From the IMG/VR virus record IMGVR_UViG_3300048819_000088, positions 1-47,194 of that record: DNA of 47,194 bases; one strand, given 5' to 3'. The first letter of the stretch is position 1; the number at the start of each line of letters is the position of its first letter. This DNA is from a virus. Lineage: Duplodnaviria; Caudoviricetes. Under the pieces are notes generated by a model that was given only the letters and a program-made list of their open reading frames with translations, did not search any database and was not told the origin of the DNA. The translations under genes and the position numbers were made by a program. Positions 37,247 to 44,128 of the stretch are shown piece by piece.

Positions 37247-37551
37247 AGCTTACCCTCGGGTTTGGTCATAAAGCCTTTAAGGGACGTCTCGAGAACGGCC
37301 TTGAAAACTTCGCCGTAAGTCGCTTTCACTTGTACCGCGACTTTCGCCAATTTCTTAATTGCACTCAAGTTGTCCATGGCTTTCATGTACATTGTGGGGT
37401 CGATCATTGGGCCGACCGCTTCCGCATTTGAGATGCACTGTAGAAAAGCGTCAAGGTCGAGACTGTCCGCAATCTTGGCCATTTCCAAAAGACGCATTTG
37501 CGTTTCGATATATTGAGCCGGGGTCATTTTCAATTCGGTGCTCACCCGCAA
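37243..37551 (-). CDS. hypothetical protein
   Basis: Helical ORF coupled to the polymerase start. Confidence 0.7.
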   Translation of the reverse strand: MRVSTELKMTPAQYIETQMRLLEMAKIADSLDLDAFLQCISNAEAVGPMIDPTMYMKAMDNLSAIKKLAKVAVQVKATYGEVFKAVLETSLKGFMTKPEGKL

Positions 37552-37634
37552 ACCCCTACGTGCAAAACAAGCTTAATTACAATCGCAGCCGTGATCATGC
37601 CCGCGCCGAACAGAAAACCGTTAACGTATGTCAT
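37542..37634 (-). CDS. small hydrophobic peptide (30 aa)
   Basis: MTYVNGFLFGAGMITAAIVIKLVLHVGVCG; GAGGG RBS; fills the gap between genes. Confidence 0.45.
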   Translation of the reverse strand: MTYVNGFLFGAGMITAAIVIKLVLHVGVCG

Positions 37635-37906
37635 ACTAAATCCCTCTTACTTTTGATTGCGGCCTCAATAGCGGGCCAAATTGATTCTAAACTAATTTGA
37701 GTTAGGACGTATAGCCCGGAAGGGGCTTCCATGACAAGACAAAGTGAAGGTTGGTCATCAACCGCGCCGTCGGGCTTGACGTGAATTTCCAAAACGCCGA
37801 GCTGAGCGACAACTGGCAACGCGATTTCAATTTGGTGCCCGGCCTTCCAAACCCATGTGTCGCATTCAGGACCGTCATGCACAATTTCGCAGTTGACCGA
37901 TTTCAT
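37631..37906 (-). CDS. hypothetical protein
   Basis: Coupled ORF in the leftward operon. Confidence 0.7.
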   Translation of the reverse strand: MKSVNCEIVHDGPECDTWVWKAGHQIEIALPVVAQLGVLEIHVKPDGAVDDQPSLCLVMEAPSGLYVLTQISLESIWPAIEAAIKSKRDLV

Positions 37907-38073
37907 TTTGGTATACTCCGCCTTGCTCTTGCTTCCAGTTCTTGCCAGTAAATCACTTGTTGTTTCAAATCCGCAATTTGTTGGTCATACTTTGACCCCA
38001 CACTTTCGCGCCCCGTGAAGTACCCGAACACAAAGAGACCAATACCAATTGGGATAAGGAAAAGTGCAATCAC
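37903..38073 (-). CDS. small membrane-anchored coiled-coil protein (56 aa)
   Basis: MIALFLIPIGIGLFVFGYFTG TM segment; overlaps both neighbours by 4 nt. Confidence 0.55.
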   Translation of the reverse strand: MIALFLIPIGIGLFVFGYFTGRESVGSKYDQQIADLKQQVIYWQELEARARRSIPK

Positions 38074-38525
38074 TTTTTCATCTCATTTGGCCGAACGGTT
38101 TCGCGCATGTCGCGCTTGGCTTTCAGTGTTTCAATCCGGCGTTTAAGATACCAAGCGGCTTTTTCCAGGTCTTCTATTTCTTTGGTGGGGTCTTTCTTTC
38201 CAGCCCTGCAAATGTATTTGACCGTGTTGCCTGAGTGATAGTCGAGGCCTTGGTCTTCGATAAATTCAATGACTTCAATTTTGCCTTGGTTGTAATGCGA
38301 AGGGTGATTGACGGCGTCTTTAAATTGCTCGATCGGTACATTTCGAAAGCCGACCGTGTGGTTTTCGCCGGCTATACCTGAGATTTCGTGTTTGAGCGAA
38401 AGGGGCACGTTCGAGTCGGTAAAGATAAGAATGCCACAACTGTCGCTGACCTCGACACGAAAGCAAGAAACTTTACGTTTCATAAGTAGTTTTTCAATCA
38501 AGTCCTTTTTGTCGTCGTTTGTCAT
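38070..38525 (-). CDS. DUF3310 (T7 gp1.7 nucleotide kinase-like) protein with N-terminal extension
   Basis: DAVNHPSHY, GNTVKYICRAGKK, EDLEKAAWYL. Confidence 0.88.
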   Translation of the reverse strand: MTNDDKKDLIEKLLMKRKVSCFRVEVSDSCGILIFTDSNVPLSLKHEISGIAGENHTVGFRNVPIEQFKDAVNHPSHYNQGKIEVIEFIEDQGLDYHSGNTVKYICRAGKKDPTKEIEDLEKAAWYLKRRIETLKAKRDMRETVRPNEMKK

Positions 38526-38545
38526 CCCTCACCCCGTTTAAGTGT

Positions 38546-38621
38546 TGGCTGGGTTGGTAGGGCTCGAACCTACGACCGCACGGTTAACAGCCGCGTGCTC
38601 TTCCAACTGAGCTACAACCCA
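38546..38621 (-). tRNA. tRNA-Asn (GTT), CCA encoded
   Basis: TGGGTTG/CAACCCA acceptor stem, D-loop AGTTGGAA, anticodon loop CTGTTAA, GTTCGAG T-loop, 76 nt. Confidence 0.96.
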
Positions 38622-38627
38622 ACATTT

Positions 38628-38709
38628 AAAAAGCCCCCGAGCCCTTCGAGCCCGCGATTGTCGTTTCGAAGCGACCCCGTTTTTCAGTGCTGTACGGATA
38701 GCCGGGGGC
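38628..38709 (-). other. structured intergenic element/terminator between ssb and tRNA
   Basis: GCCCCCG/CGGGGGC closing stem with internal hairpins, followed by TTTTT on the - strand. Confidence 0.45.
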
Positions 38710-38719
38710 CAAAAATAGT

Positions 38720-39334
38720 TTACATGAAATCAGCTTCGCCGTCGCTTTCGAAATCGCCGTCGTCGTCTTCATTGTCAGGGCCGGCATTGACGGGCGTGAA
38801 CACTTGGTCAGCCGGTTTCTTGCCACCAAACGATTTGCCGTCTCTGAGCTTTTGCACGTGGTCCAGGATAAAACCAACGCCGCGGCCAAATTCGTTGTCC
38901 CAAACGTAGGCGTAAACGTAAGCCCTTGCGAAACAGCCGGGGTAAAACTTGCCGGGCTCGGTGATTGGCTCAACGTTTTCGTCCACTACTCCCGGGCGTT
39001 GGTCTTCGCCGGTTGAGGCTTTAATAGCCCAACAACCCTTGTAGCCCTCTTTGCGCTCGCCGTTGCGGTCAAGACCGGCTTTCCCGTCACCGTCGAGCAC
39101 CGGCGATTCCAGGTCATCCGGCCAGTTCTCTTTCGAGCCGAACGCCGCAATCTTAGCGGCGCGAATTGCATTTTTTATTGGTGTAAGATCGGTCTTTTTA
39201 TCAAAGAGCATCGTCACCGAAAATTTCGGTTTTGAGCCTTTGATTGAATTGGGCTTGAATACGTGAGGGTAACTCACTCTGAATTCAGGGGTTAAGAGCC
39301 TCGACTTTTCTTTGTCTACTTTCTGTTTGGCCAT
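38720..39334 (-). CDS. single-stranded DNA-binding protein (DUF2815/Enc34-type)
   Basis: RVSYPHVFKP, DGD, YPGC, GVGFILDHVQKLRDG; acidic C-terminal tail. Confidence 0.9.
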   Translation of the reverse strand: MAKQKVDKEKSRLLTPEFRVSYPHVFKPNSIKGSKPKFSVTMLFDKKTDLTPIKNAIRAAKIAAFGSKENWPDDLESPVLDGDGKAGLDRNGERKEGYKGCWAIKASTGEDQRPGVVDENVEPITEPGKFYPGCFARAYVYAYVWDNEFGRGVGFILDHVQKLRDGKSFGGKKPADQVFTPVNAGPDNEDDDGDFESDGEADFM

Positions 39335-39377
39335 TTTCGGTCCTTTCGGTTTGTGCGGTATTGCTCGTGTGTACTAA

Positions 39378-39428
39378 CGTCTTTACCGGGTTTTAATTAA
39401 AAATAACCTTCCTCTTCGCCGTCGTCAA
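39378..39428 (-). promoter_or_regulatory. sigma70-type promoter for ssb with operator motif at the start site
   Basis: TTGACG (39428-39423), 17 nt, TATTTT (39405-39400); CCGGTAAAGACG at 39389-39378. Confidence 0.6.
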
Positions 39429-39723
39429 CTTCCACTTCGCATTCTACTTCGTCGTCATCAATCATTGGGATTTCGCCATGCGAGCCGTTATCAACTGTCG
39501 CCGCCGAAATCTCTGTCGACGTGGGGGACACGTCCAAAGACGTCGCTTGGGCTTTTGCGTTTTCTGCGGCCAAAGGAATACCGGCTGCGGGTAGTCTTGT
39601 TTTTCTTTTTCCAGTCTGCTTCGCTTTTTGGGCTTTCACTTTTTTCACGTGCGCTTTTTTGCCGGGTTTTGATTTCTGTTTGCTCGCTTTTCGGTTTTGT
39701 CCAATAACGTTTTTCTTTGCCAT
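39397..39723 (-). CDS. basic N-terminal / acidic C-terminal low-complexity protein
   Basis: AAGGA RBS; Lys-rich half followed by Asp/Glu-rich half. Confidence 0.65.
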   Translation of the reverse strand: MAKKNVIGQNRKASKQKSKPGKKAHVKKVKAQKAKQTGKRKTRLPAAGIPLAAENAKAQATSLDVSPTSTEISAATVDNGSHGEIPMIDDDEVECEVEVDDGEEEGYF

Positions 39724-40468
39724 TTTTTGATTCCTTTAGTGGTATTGTTTTAAAAATTTCAACAGCTTTTTGTGCGCGGTCTTCATAAGTGAGCGGGCAC
39801 CGTATCGTCTTTTTGGCTTTACACCAATGGCAATGCGGGCCTTCCTTAAATGTCGGATTGTTTTCAACCCGGTCAACCGCGGCTTTAAATAGTGGAATGT
39901 AGGCGCGCAGTTCGTCAATCGAGATTTCCCAAAAGGTCGGGCCGTCGTAGCCCCTGACCCTCGGCTGAATTATCCAAAGCCTTACTTTGGTGAAGTTCCA
40001 ATGGTATTTGTGTGCAAGGCCGAGCGCGTAAAATATGAGTTGCAGGTTTTTCTCAGGGCGCACAAGCGACACACCATATTTGAAATCGAAAACGTGCAAA
40101 GTGCCGAAGTGTTCAATCACGCCGCCGTCGAACGTGCCGAAAGCTTGTTGGTGGACGAAAGGTAAATAGATGCGGGTCTCGACAATCACTTCCGCTTTGA
40201 GCCTTTTGCCGAGCGCAAGAATGAAGTCCGCAGCGGCCCGGGCGTAGTTGAGCATTGCGTGAGGGGCGCCGTCTACATATACGGGTCCGGCATTCGGGTA
40301 CTGAAGTAAGTGCAGCATGATTGCTTCGAGCACTGAGTGGGCGTGAGTGCCCTCTTTTGACCACTCGTTCTCTTTATCGGGCAAGCCCTCACACGCGGAA
40401 ACCGAGGCCGAGCATTCAAACCACCGCTCGGCCCCACTTGCTGAAAATTTAGAATGAGCCCGGCTCAA
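39491..40468 (-). CDS. Cas4-like PD-(D/E)XK exonuclease (DUF2800-type)
   Basis: HSKFSASGAERW, EGTHAH, FGTFD, DFKYG, QLIFYALG, IIQPR, CHWCKAK..CP. Confidence 0.9.
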   Translation of the reverse strand: MSRAHSKFSASGAERWFECSASVSACEGLPDKENEWSKEGTHAHSVLEAIMLHLLQYPNAGPVYVDGAPHAMLNYARAAADFILALGKRLKAEVIVETRIYLPFVHQQAFGTFDGGVIEHFGTLHVFDFKYGVSLVRPEKNLQLIFYALGLAHKYHWNFTKVRLWIIQPRVRGYDGPTFWEISIDELRAYIPLFKAAVDRVENNPTFKEGPHCHWCKAKKTIRCPLTYEDRAQKAVEIFKTIPLKESKNGKEKRYWTKPKSEQTEIKTRQKSAREKSESPKSEADWKKKNKTTRSRYSFGRRKRKSPSDVFGRVPHVDRDFGGDS

Positions 40469-40719
40469 GGGCGACCTTTAAGCAAGCGCATCACGCTGTC
40501 TTTCGTCTCAACTAACCGCTCAAGGATTGCACTGCGAGCCGTACCCTCGGGGACATGCTCGCAAAGATCAATTGCGGTGTCGCGGAATCTTATCGCAGCT
40601 CTTTGCGGCGCCCCTCTAAGCTCAGGTCCGACAGCAAAGAATGTCAGGATGCGCGGCTTTTTGTCGCTGACTTGCTCTTGCGCCCCTTCCGGGCCTTCAA
40701 ATGGGTCTTGCTCTTTCAT
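40465..40719 (-). CDS. small helical-hairpin protein, distant Acb2/Tad1-like
   Basis: ILTFF...VPEGTARSAILERLVETKDSVMR. Confidence 0.5.
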   Translation of the reverse strand: MKEQDPFEGPEGAQEQVSDKKPRILTFFAVGPELRGAPQRAAIRFRDTAIDLCEHVPEGTARSAILERLVETKDSVMRLLKGRP

Positions 40720-40940
40720 AACGACGGCGCCGAACCGTTACGCGCAATTTGGTCATCCCGAATCGCCTTACCAACCCACATATAAAACTCTTCAAGTTTG
40801 GTGTTTGCGAGCGACTTCGCGCGGCCGTCCGGCAAAGCGTTGAGCATAGCGCCGAGGCATAGGCATTGGCTTTTCATAGAATCTTGAAGGCCCTGCGCTT
40901 TCTCATCGTACTTTACGTAGTCTAAGCTTTTCTCGGTCAT
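40716..40940 (-). CDS. Acb2/Tad1-like hairpin protein (putative immune-signal sponge)
   Basis: LPDGRAKSLANTKLEEFYMWVGKAI. Confidence 0.7.
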   Translation of the reverse strand: MTEKSLDYVKYDEKAQGLQDSMKSQCLCLGAMLNALPDGRAKSLANTKLEEFYMWVGKAIRDDQIARNGSAPSL

Positions 40941-41440
40941 TGGCTCACCGCCATTGCGTCGATGACTTTGCCGTACTGTTCGGGCTTGATTTCAGAAATG
41001 CTTTCGGTTTTGAAATTCTTTTTCAAGATGCCGAGTACTTCCGCGCGGCCTTTTTTGCCGCCGGCTTGCGCACGGGCTTTGCACGCCTCGTTCACTTGCG
41101 CAATCGTGACCTTTTTGGCTTTCTCGGCCTTTGCTTTCTTTGGTGGGGGCGCCGTGAAATCGTCGTCTTCGTCGTCATCGCTTGCGGCTTCGAAAGATTC
41201 GTCATCGGGCTCGTCGGTGGCGGCGTCAGTTACGAAATCGTCGTCATCGTCGGTATCGACTGCAATGTCGTCATCATCCTCAACGGCCGCGGCCGGTGCA
41301 GCTTTTTTCGACGCTTTCTCTTCGCGGGCTGCAATGCCCGCTTTCTTGCCTTCAACAAGGGCGCCGGTTTCAAGCACCGCTGCGATTGTCCTCAACGCCT
41401 TGCCAATTTCGCCAAGCGCTTTGATCACTTCTTTGTCCAT
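40937..41440 (-). CDS. acidic protein typical of APSE-like replication modules
   Basis: Acidic linker and C-terminal ILKKNF..SISEIKPEQY domain upstream of the DUF2800-type gene. Confidence 0.75.
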   Translation of the reverse strand: MDKEVIKALGEIGKALRTIAAVLETGALVEGKKAGIAAREEKASKKAAPAAAVEDDDDIAVDTDDDDDFVTDAATDEPDDESFEAASDDDEDDDFTAPPPKKAKAEKAKKVTIAQVNEACKARAQAGGKKGRAEVLGILKKNFKTESISEIKPEQYGKVIDAMAVSQ

Positions 41441-41446
41441 GTAACT

Positions 41447-41701
41447 TTACTCCTCTATTGTTTGCGGGAAGTCCCCGCGGTTGTATTGACTAATCTTAAA
41501 CAGTTTACGAAGGGCCACCGCAAACACCAATTCAGGTGAGGGCTCGAGGTCAATGGTGCTCACGTCGGGACTTCGGGCTTTGGCTCGTTCCCAAGCCACA
41601 CGCCGAATAGTGCGGGCTTGCTCAAAGCATTCGTCAACAAGGTCCTTGCCCCAAACCATTTCGAGCTCTTCAATGACGATAGTGACGGCAAGCTTGATCA
41701 T
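41447..41701 (-). CDS. hypothetical protein
   Basis: Coupled ORF. Confidence 0.65.
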   Translation of the reverse strand: MIKLAVTIVIEELEMVWGKDLVDECFEQARTIRRVAWERAKARSPDVSTIDLEPSPELVFAVALRKLFKISQYNRGDFPQTIEE

Positions 41702-41889
41702 TTATCAGTCCGTTCAAGCCAAACGCCAACTTGCCAACCAAACCAGTTTAGGCGCCAATCAAGCCAACCGTCGACTTTCGCGAGACTGAGCCCCACGTCG
41801 TGGGCGTCAAACTGCGTTGTCACGAAGAGGCCCCATTGAGGCAAAATAAAGGAATGCATTTTGTGGTCGGTTGGTTTCTCGTCACTCAT
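41698..41889 (-). CDS. Trp-rich hypothetical protein
   Basis: Coupled to the helicase stop. Confidence 0.55.
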   Translation of the reverse strand: MSDEKPTDHKMHSFILPQWGLFVTTQFDAHDVGLSLAKVDGWLDWRLNWFGWQVGVWLERTDK

Positions 41890-43367
41890 CCAATCACCTT
41901 TCTCACGTTCGAAGCCTTTTTAAAAATCGAATTCAAAACAATTTCGTCCAAAGTACTCGCCACCACAATATAGTCGCACCGGACAATGTCAGCGGTGGCG
42001 CCTTTTCGTGACGCTCGCTTTTCGCATTGCTTGTTAAGTTCGTCGGTCCAACTGTACTCGGCAAAGACGACTCGCTTGGCGCGCTGTAGGTTATGACCGC
42101 GCCCCATGGCGCCGATGTTGCCGACAATGACTCGACAAGTTCCGTTTTGAAAACGTTGAAATATGTGTTCCCGGTCTCTGGAGTTAGTGTCCCCCGTGAC
42201 CAAGCTTGGCCGAAAAGCTCCAAGTCCATTTGCAATTGCCCCACATACCGACCGGTGCCACGCGAATACAAGTATAGATTCGTTTTTGCTTTCAAGCCGC
42301 CCCCTCACGTAGTTCACGACAAAGTCCACTTTCTTTAGTCCAAGCTCTTGCCGGTATTTCGCAATGTCGCCTTGACTCATGTTCTCGTCGATACTGTTCA
42401 AGTTGATCGCCCCTAGATGCTTTTGCTCCCACGTTTTCATTTGGTGAGTGCGCACATCCGCCATAAAGAGCATTGAGCGTTTACGCTCGGGGTGATTTAA
42501 CCGCTCTTCACCGACAACGTGCATGAACTTCTTTTGCAAGCGCCGTTTAAGCTCAGGCAAGTTTGAAGCGCCCCGGTAGTCCCAGTCGTATTTCTCTTCA
42601 CTCCAATGGGCGTCGCAGTACTTAACGCCAAACTCGTGGTGCCCCATAAAGTCGATCACTTCGGGGGCCATGGCGAACGTTGGCGCCCAAAGCTCCATTG
42701 GCCGGTTAGGCATTGGTGAGCCGTCGAGTAACACCGAATGCCGGGCGTTTGCCACAAGACCGTAGTAGGTCCTTTCACCTTTACCCCCAAAGAGCGCCTT
42801 GGTGCGCTCGGACGTGACCTCTTTGAAGCGCGACGCCTCGTCGACCGCAAGCAAGTTGAATTTCATTTTCTCGAGCCGCTCATAAACCCACGGCTTCGTC
42901 AGCATACTATCCGGCACGATGATAAAGTCAGCGCCCCAATCGGCATTGTCTTGGTCCACCGTTCGACCGACCACATATATAGAGGGCCAAATCTTAAACG
43001 TCCATTTCAGGATTTCACGCGCCCAATTCAGGCAAAGACTTGGGGGGACGATAAAGAGCGTTGGACAAAAGGCGCCGACCATTTGGCTTGCGACAATGGC
43101 TTGTGCGGTTTTGCCGGCGCCGGGGGCGTGGGCCAAGTAGGACCGCGACCTTGTCAAAATCCAATTCACTCCCTCTTTTTGGTGAGGGTCGAGAAACTCC
43201 GGTAGGCGGGAGTCAAAAGCGTATTCCTTAACTAGAATGCGGTTTAAAACTTTTTTAGCGCTCAAGTCAGCAAACTCTTTAAACTTTGACGCCCGCCGGA
43301 GTGCGATGTTTTCGGTTTTTCCGTTCCCTGTCAGGCTAAAGTTCCCGTCGTTAAACGTCAACACCAT
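41886..43367 (-). CDS. SNF2-family (SF2) helicase
   Basis: PGAGKT, AVDEAS, DGSPMPN, GRGHNLQ, QCEKRASRKG. Confidence 0.92.
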   Translation of the reverse strand: MVLTFNDGNFSLTGNGKTENIALRRASKFKEFADLSAKKVLNRILVKEYAFDSRLPEFLDPHQKEGVNWILTRSRSYLAHAPGAGKTAQAIVASQMVGAFCPTLFIVPPSLCLNWAREILKWTFKIWPSIYVVGRTVDQDNADWGADFIIVPDSMLTKPWVYERLEKMKFNLLAVDEASRFKEVTSERTKALFGGKGERTYYGLVANARHSVLLDGSPMPNRPMELWAPTFAMAPEVIDFMGHHEFGVKYCDAHWSEEKYDWDYRGASNLPELKRRLQKKFMHVVGEERLNHPERKRSMLFMADVRTHQMKTWEQKHLGAINLNSIDENMSQGDIAKYRQELGLKKVDFVVNYVRGRLESKNESILVFAWHRSVCGAIANGLGAFRPSLVTGDTNSRDREHIFQRFQNGTCRVIVGNIGAMGRGHNLQRAKRVVFAEYSWTDELNKQCEKRASRKGATADIVRCDYIVVASTLDEIVLNSIFKKASNVRKVIG

Positions 43368-43786
43368 GATCGACCTTTAACTACCGCTTGAACCGTAGCG
43401 TGATCGACGCCGAATTTTTGCGCAATTGCCCTGTAGGTAAGCCCTTGTGCGCGAAACCTTTTTATGAGTTTTACTTTATCCAGATTTAACTTGTTGTCCC
43501 GTCGATTGCGGGCTTGCTGCTTATCGCTTTCCCACTGGCAGTTAGACGGGCAATAACCCTTATCGTTTCTAATTCGGCCTACAGAGTGCCGGGACGTCGG
43601 CTTGTCGCCCATGTCCTTTAAGAAGTTTCTAAAGTTATGCCAACGTTTGCAAAGCGTGATGCCCCGCCCCCCATAATGGTGAAAACTAACATCGGATAGG
43701 CATAGGCACCGACTTTTCATCATAGCCCAAGACCGATAAACTGAAGTCTTGGACATACCGTGGAAGTGATTCCTTGCTCGTTTCAG
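43358..43786 (-). CDS. HNH-like homing endonuclease with C-terminal HTH (start uncertain; first ATG at 43756)
   Basis: YRSWAMMKSRC, YGGRGI, FLKDMG, RIRNDKGYCPSNCQW, IAQKFGV. Confidence 0.8.
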   Translation of the reverse strand: MKRARNHFHGMSKTSVYRSWAMMKSRCLCLSDVSFHHYGGRGITLCKRWHNFRNFLKDMGDKPTSRHSVGRIRNDKGYCPSNCQWESDKQQARNRRDNKLNLDKVKLIKRFRAQGLTYRAIAQKFGVDHATVQAVVKGRSWC

Positions 43787-43891
43787 AAAGCCCCCGCTTA
43801 AACCGTCTTTACCGTGATTTATTTTCTTGCGCGAGCAACAGTAAAACTGCAATCATCAAAACCTGTCAATAAAAATTCAACGGGGGTAGTC

Positions 43892-44128
43892 TTGAAGCGA
43901 AAGCAATCTCTTACACTTAAAGCTTGGATTGACGAGCTAAGCGTCAGCAAAGTCGCGCAGAGCTTTTGTCTCGAGCGATCGACCGTGCGCAAATGGCGCG
44001 ACGGGTCGCAGTTGCCGAAAGCGCTGCATATGCGGGCAATCGTCAGACTGTCAAAAGGCAAGGTGAGTTACGACGCCATGATTGAGCCGTGGGCGAAAAA
44101 GCATCCCTTGGACAATATTATTTTATGA
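43892..44128 (+). CDS. Cro-like helix-turn-helix regulator
   Basis: VSKVAQSFCLERSTVRKWRDG..P; divergent from the replication operon; TTG start with GGGGG RBS. Confidence 0.75.
   Translation: MKRKQSLTLKAWIDELSVSKVAQSFCLERSTVRKWRDGSQLPKALHMRAIVRLSKGKVSYDAMIEPWAKKHPLDNIIL

Noticed and set aside
38546-38621. tRNA as an attP site of a temperate phage
   Set aside because: No integrase or recombinase recognised; the tRNA is complete rather than a 3' fragment
38628-38709. Hammerhead ribozyme or c-di-GMP riboswitch
   Set aside because: CTGA and GAAAC are present, but the CUGAnGA core and NUH cleavage site are missing; the GGCAAA/GCAAAGC riboswitch elements are absent
39491-40468. CRISPR-Cas system implied by the Cas4-like gene
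   Set aside because: No repeat-spacer array or other cas genes seen; this nuclease is a normal part of APSE-like replication modules
43358-43786. Intron or intein associated with the HNH gene
   Set aside because: The helicase ORF is intact and the HNH gene is free-standing; no splicing motifs seen in polymerase, terminase or helicase
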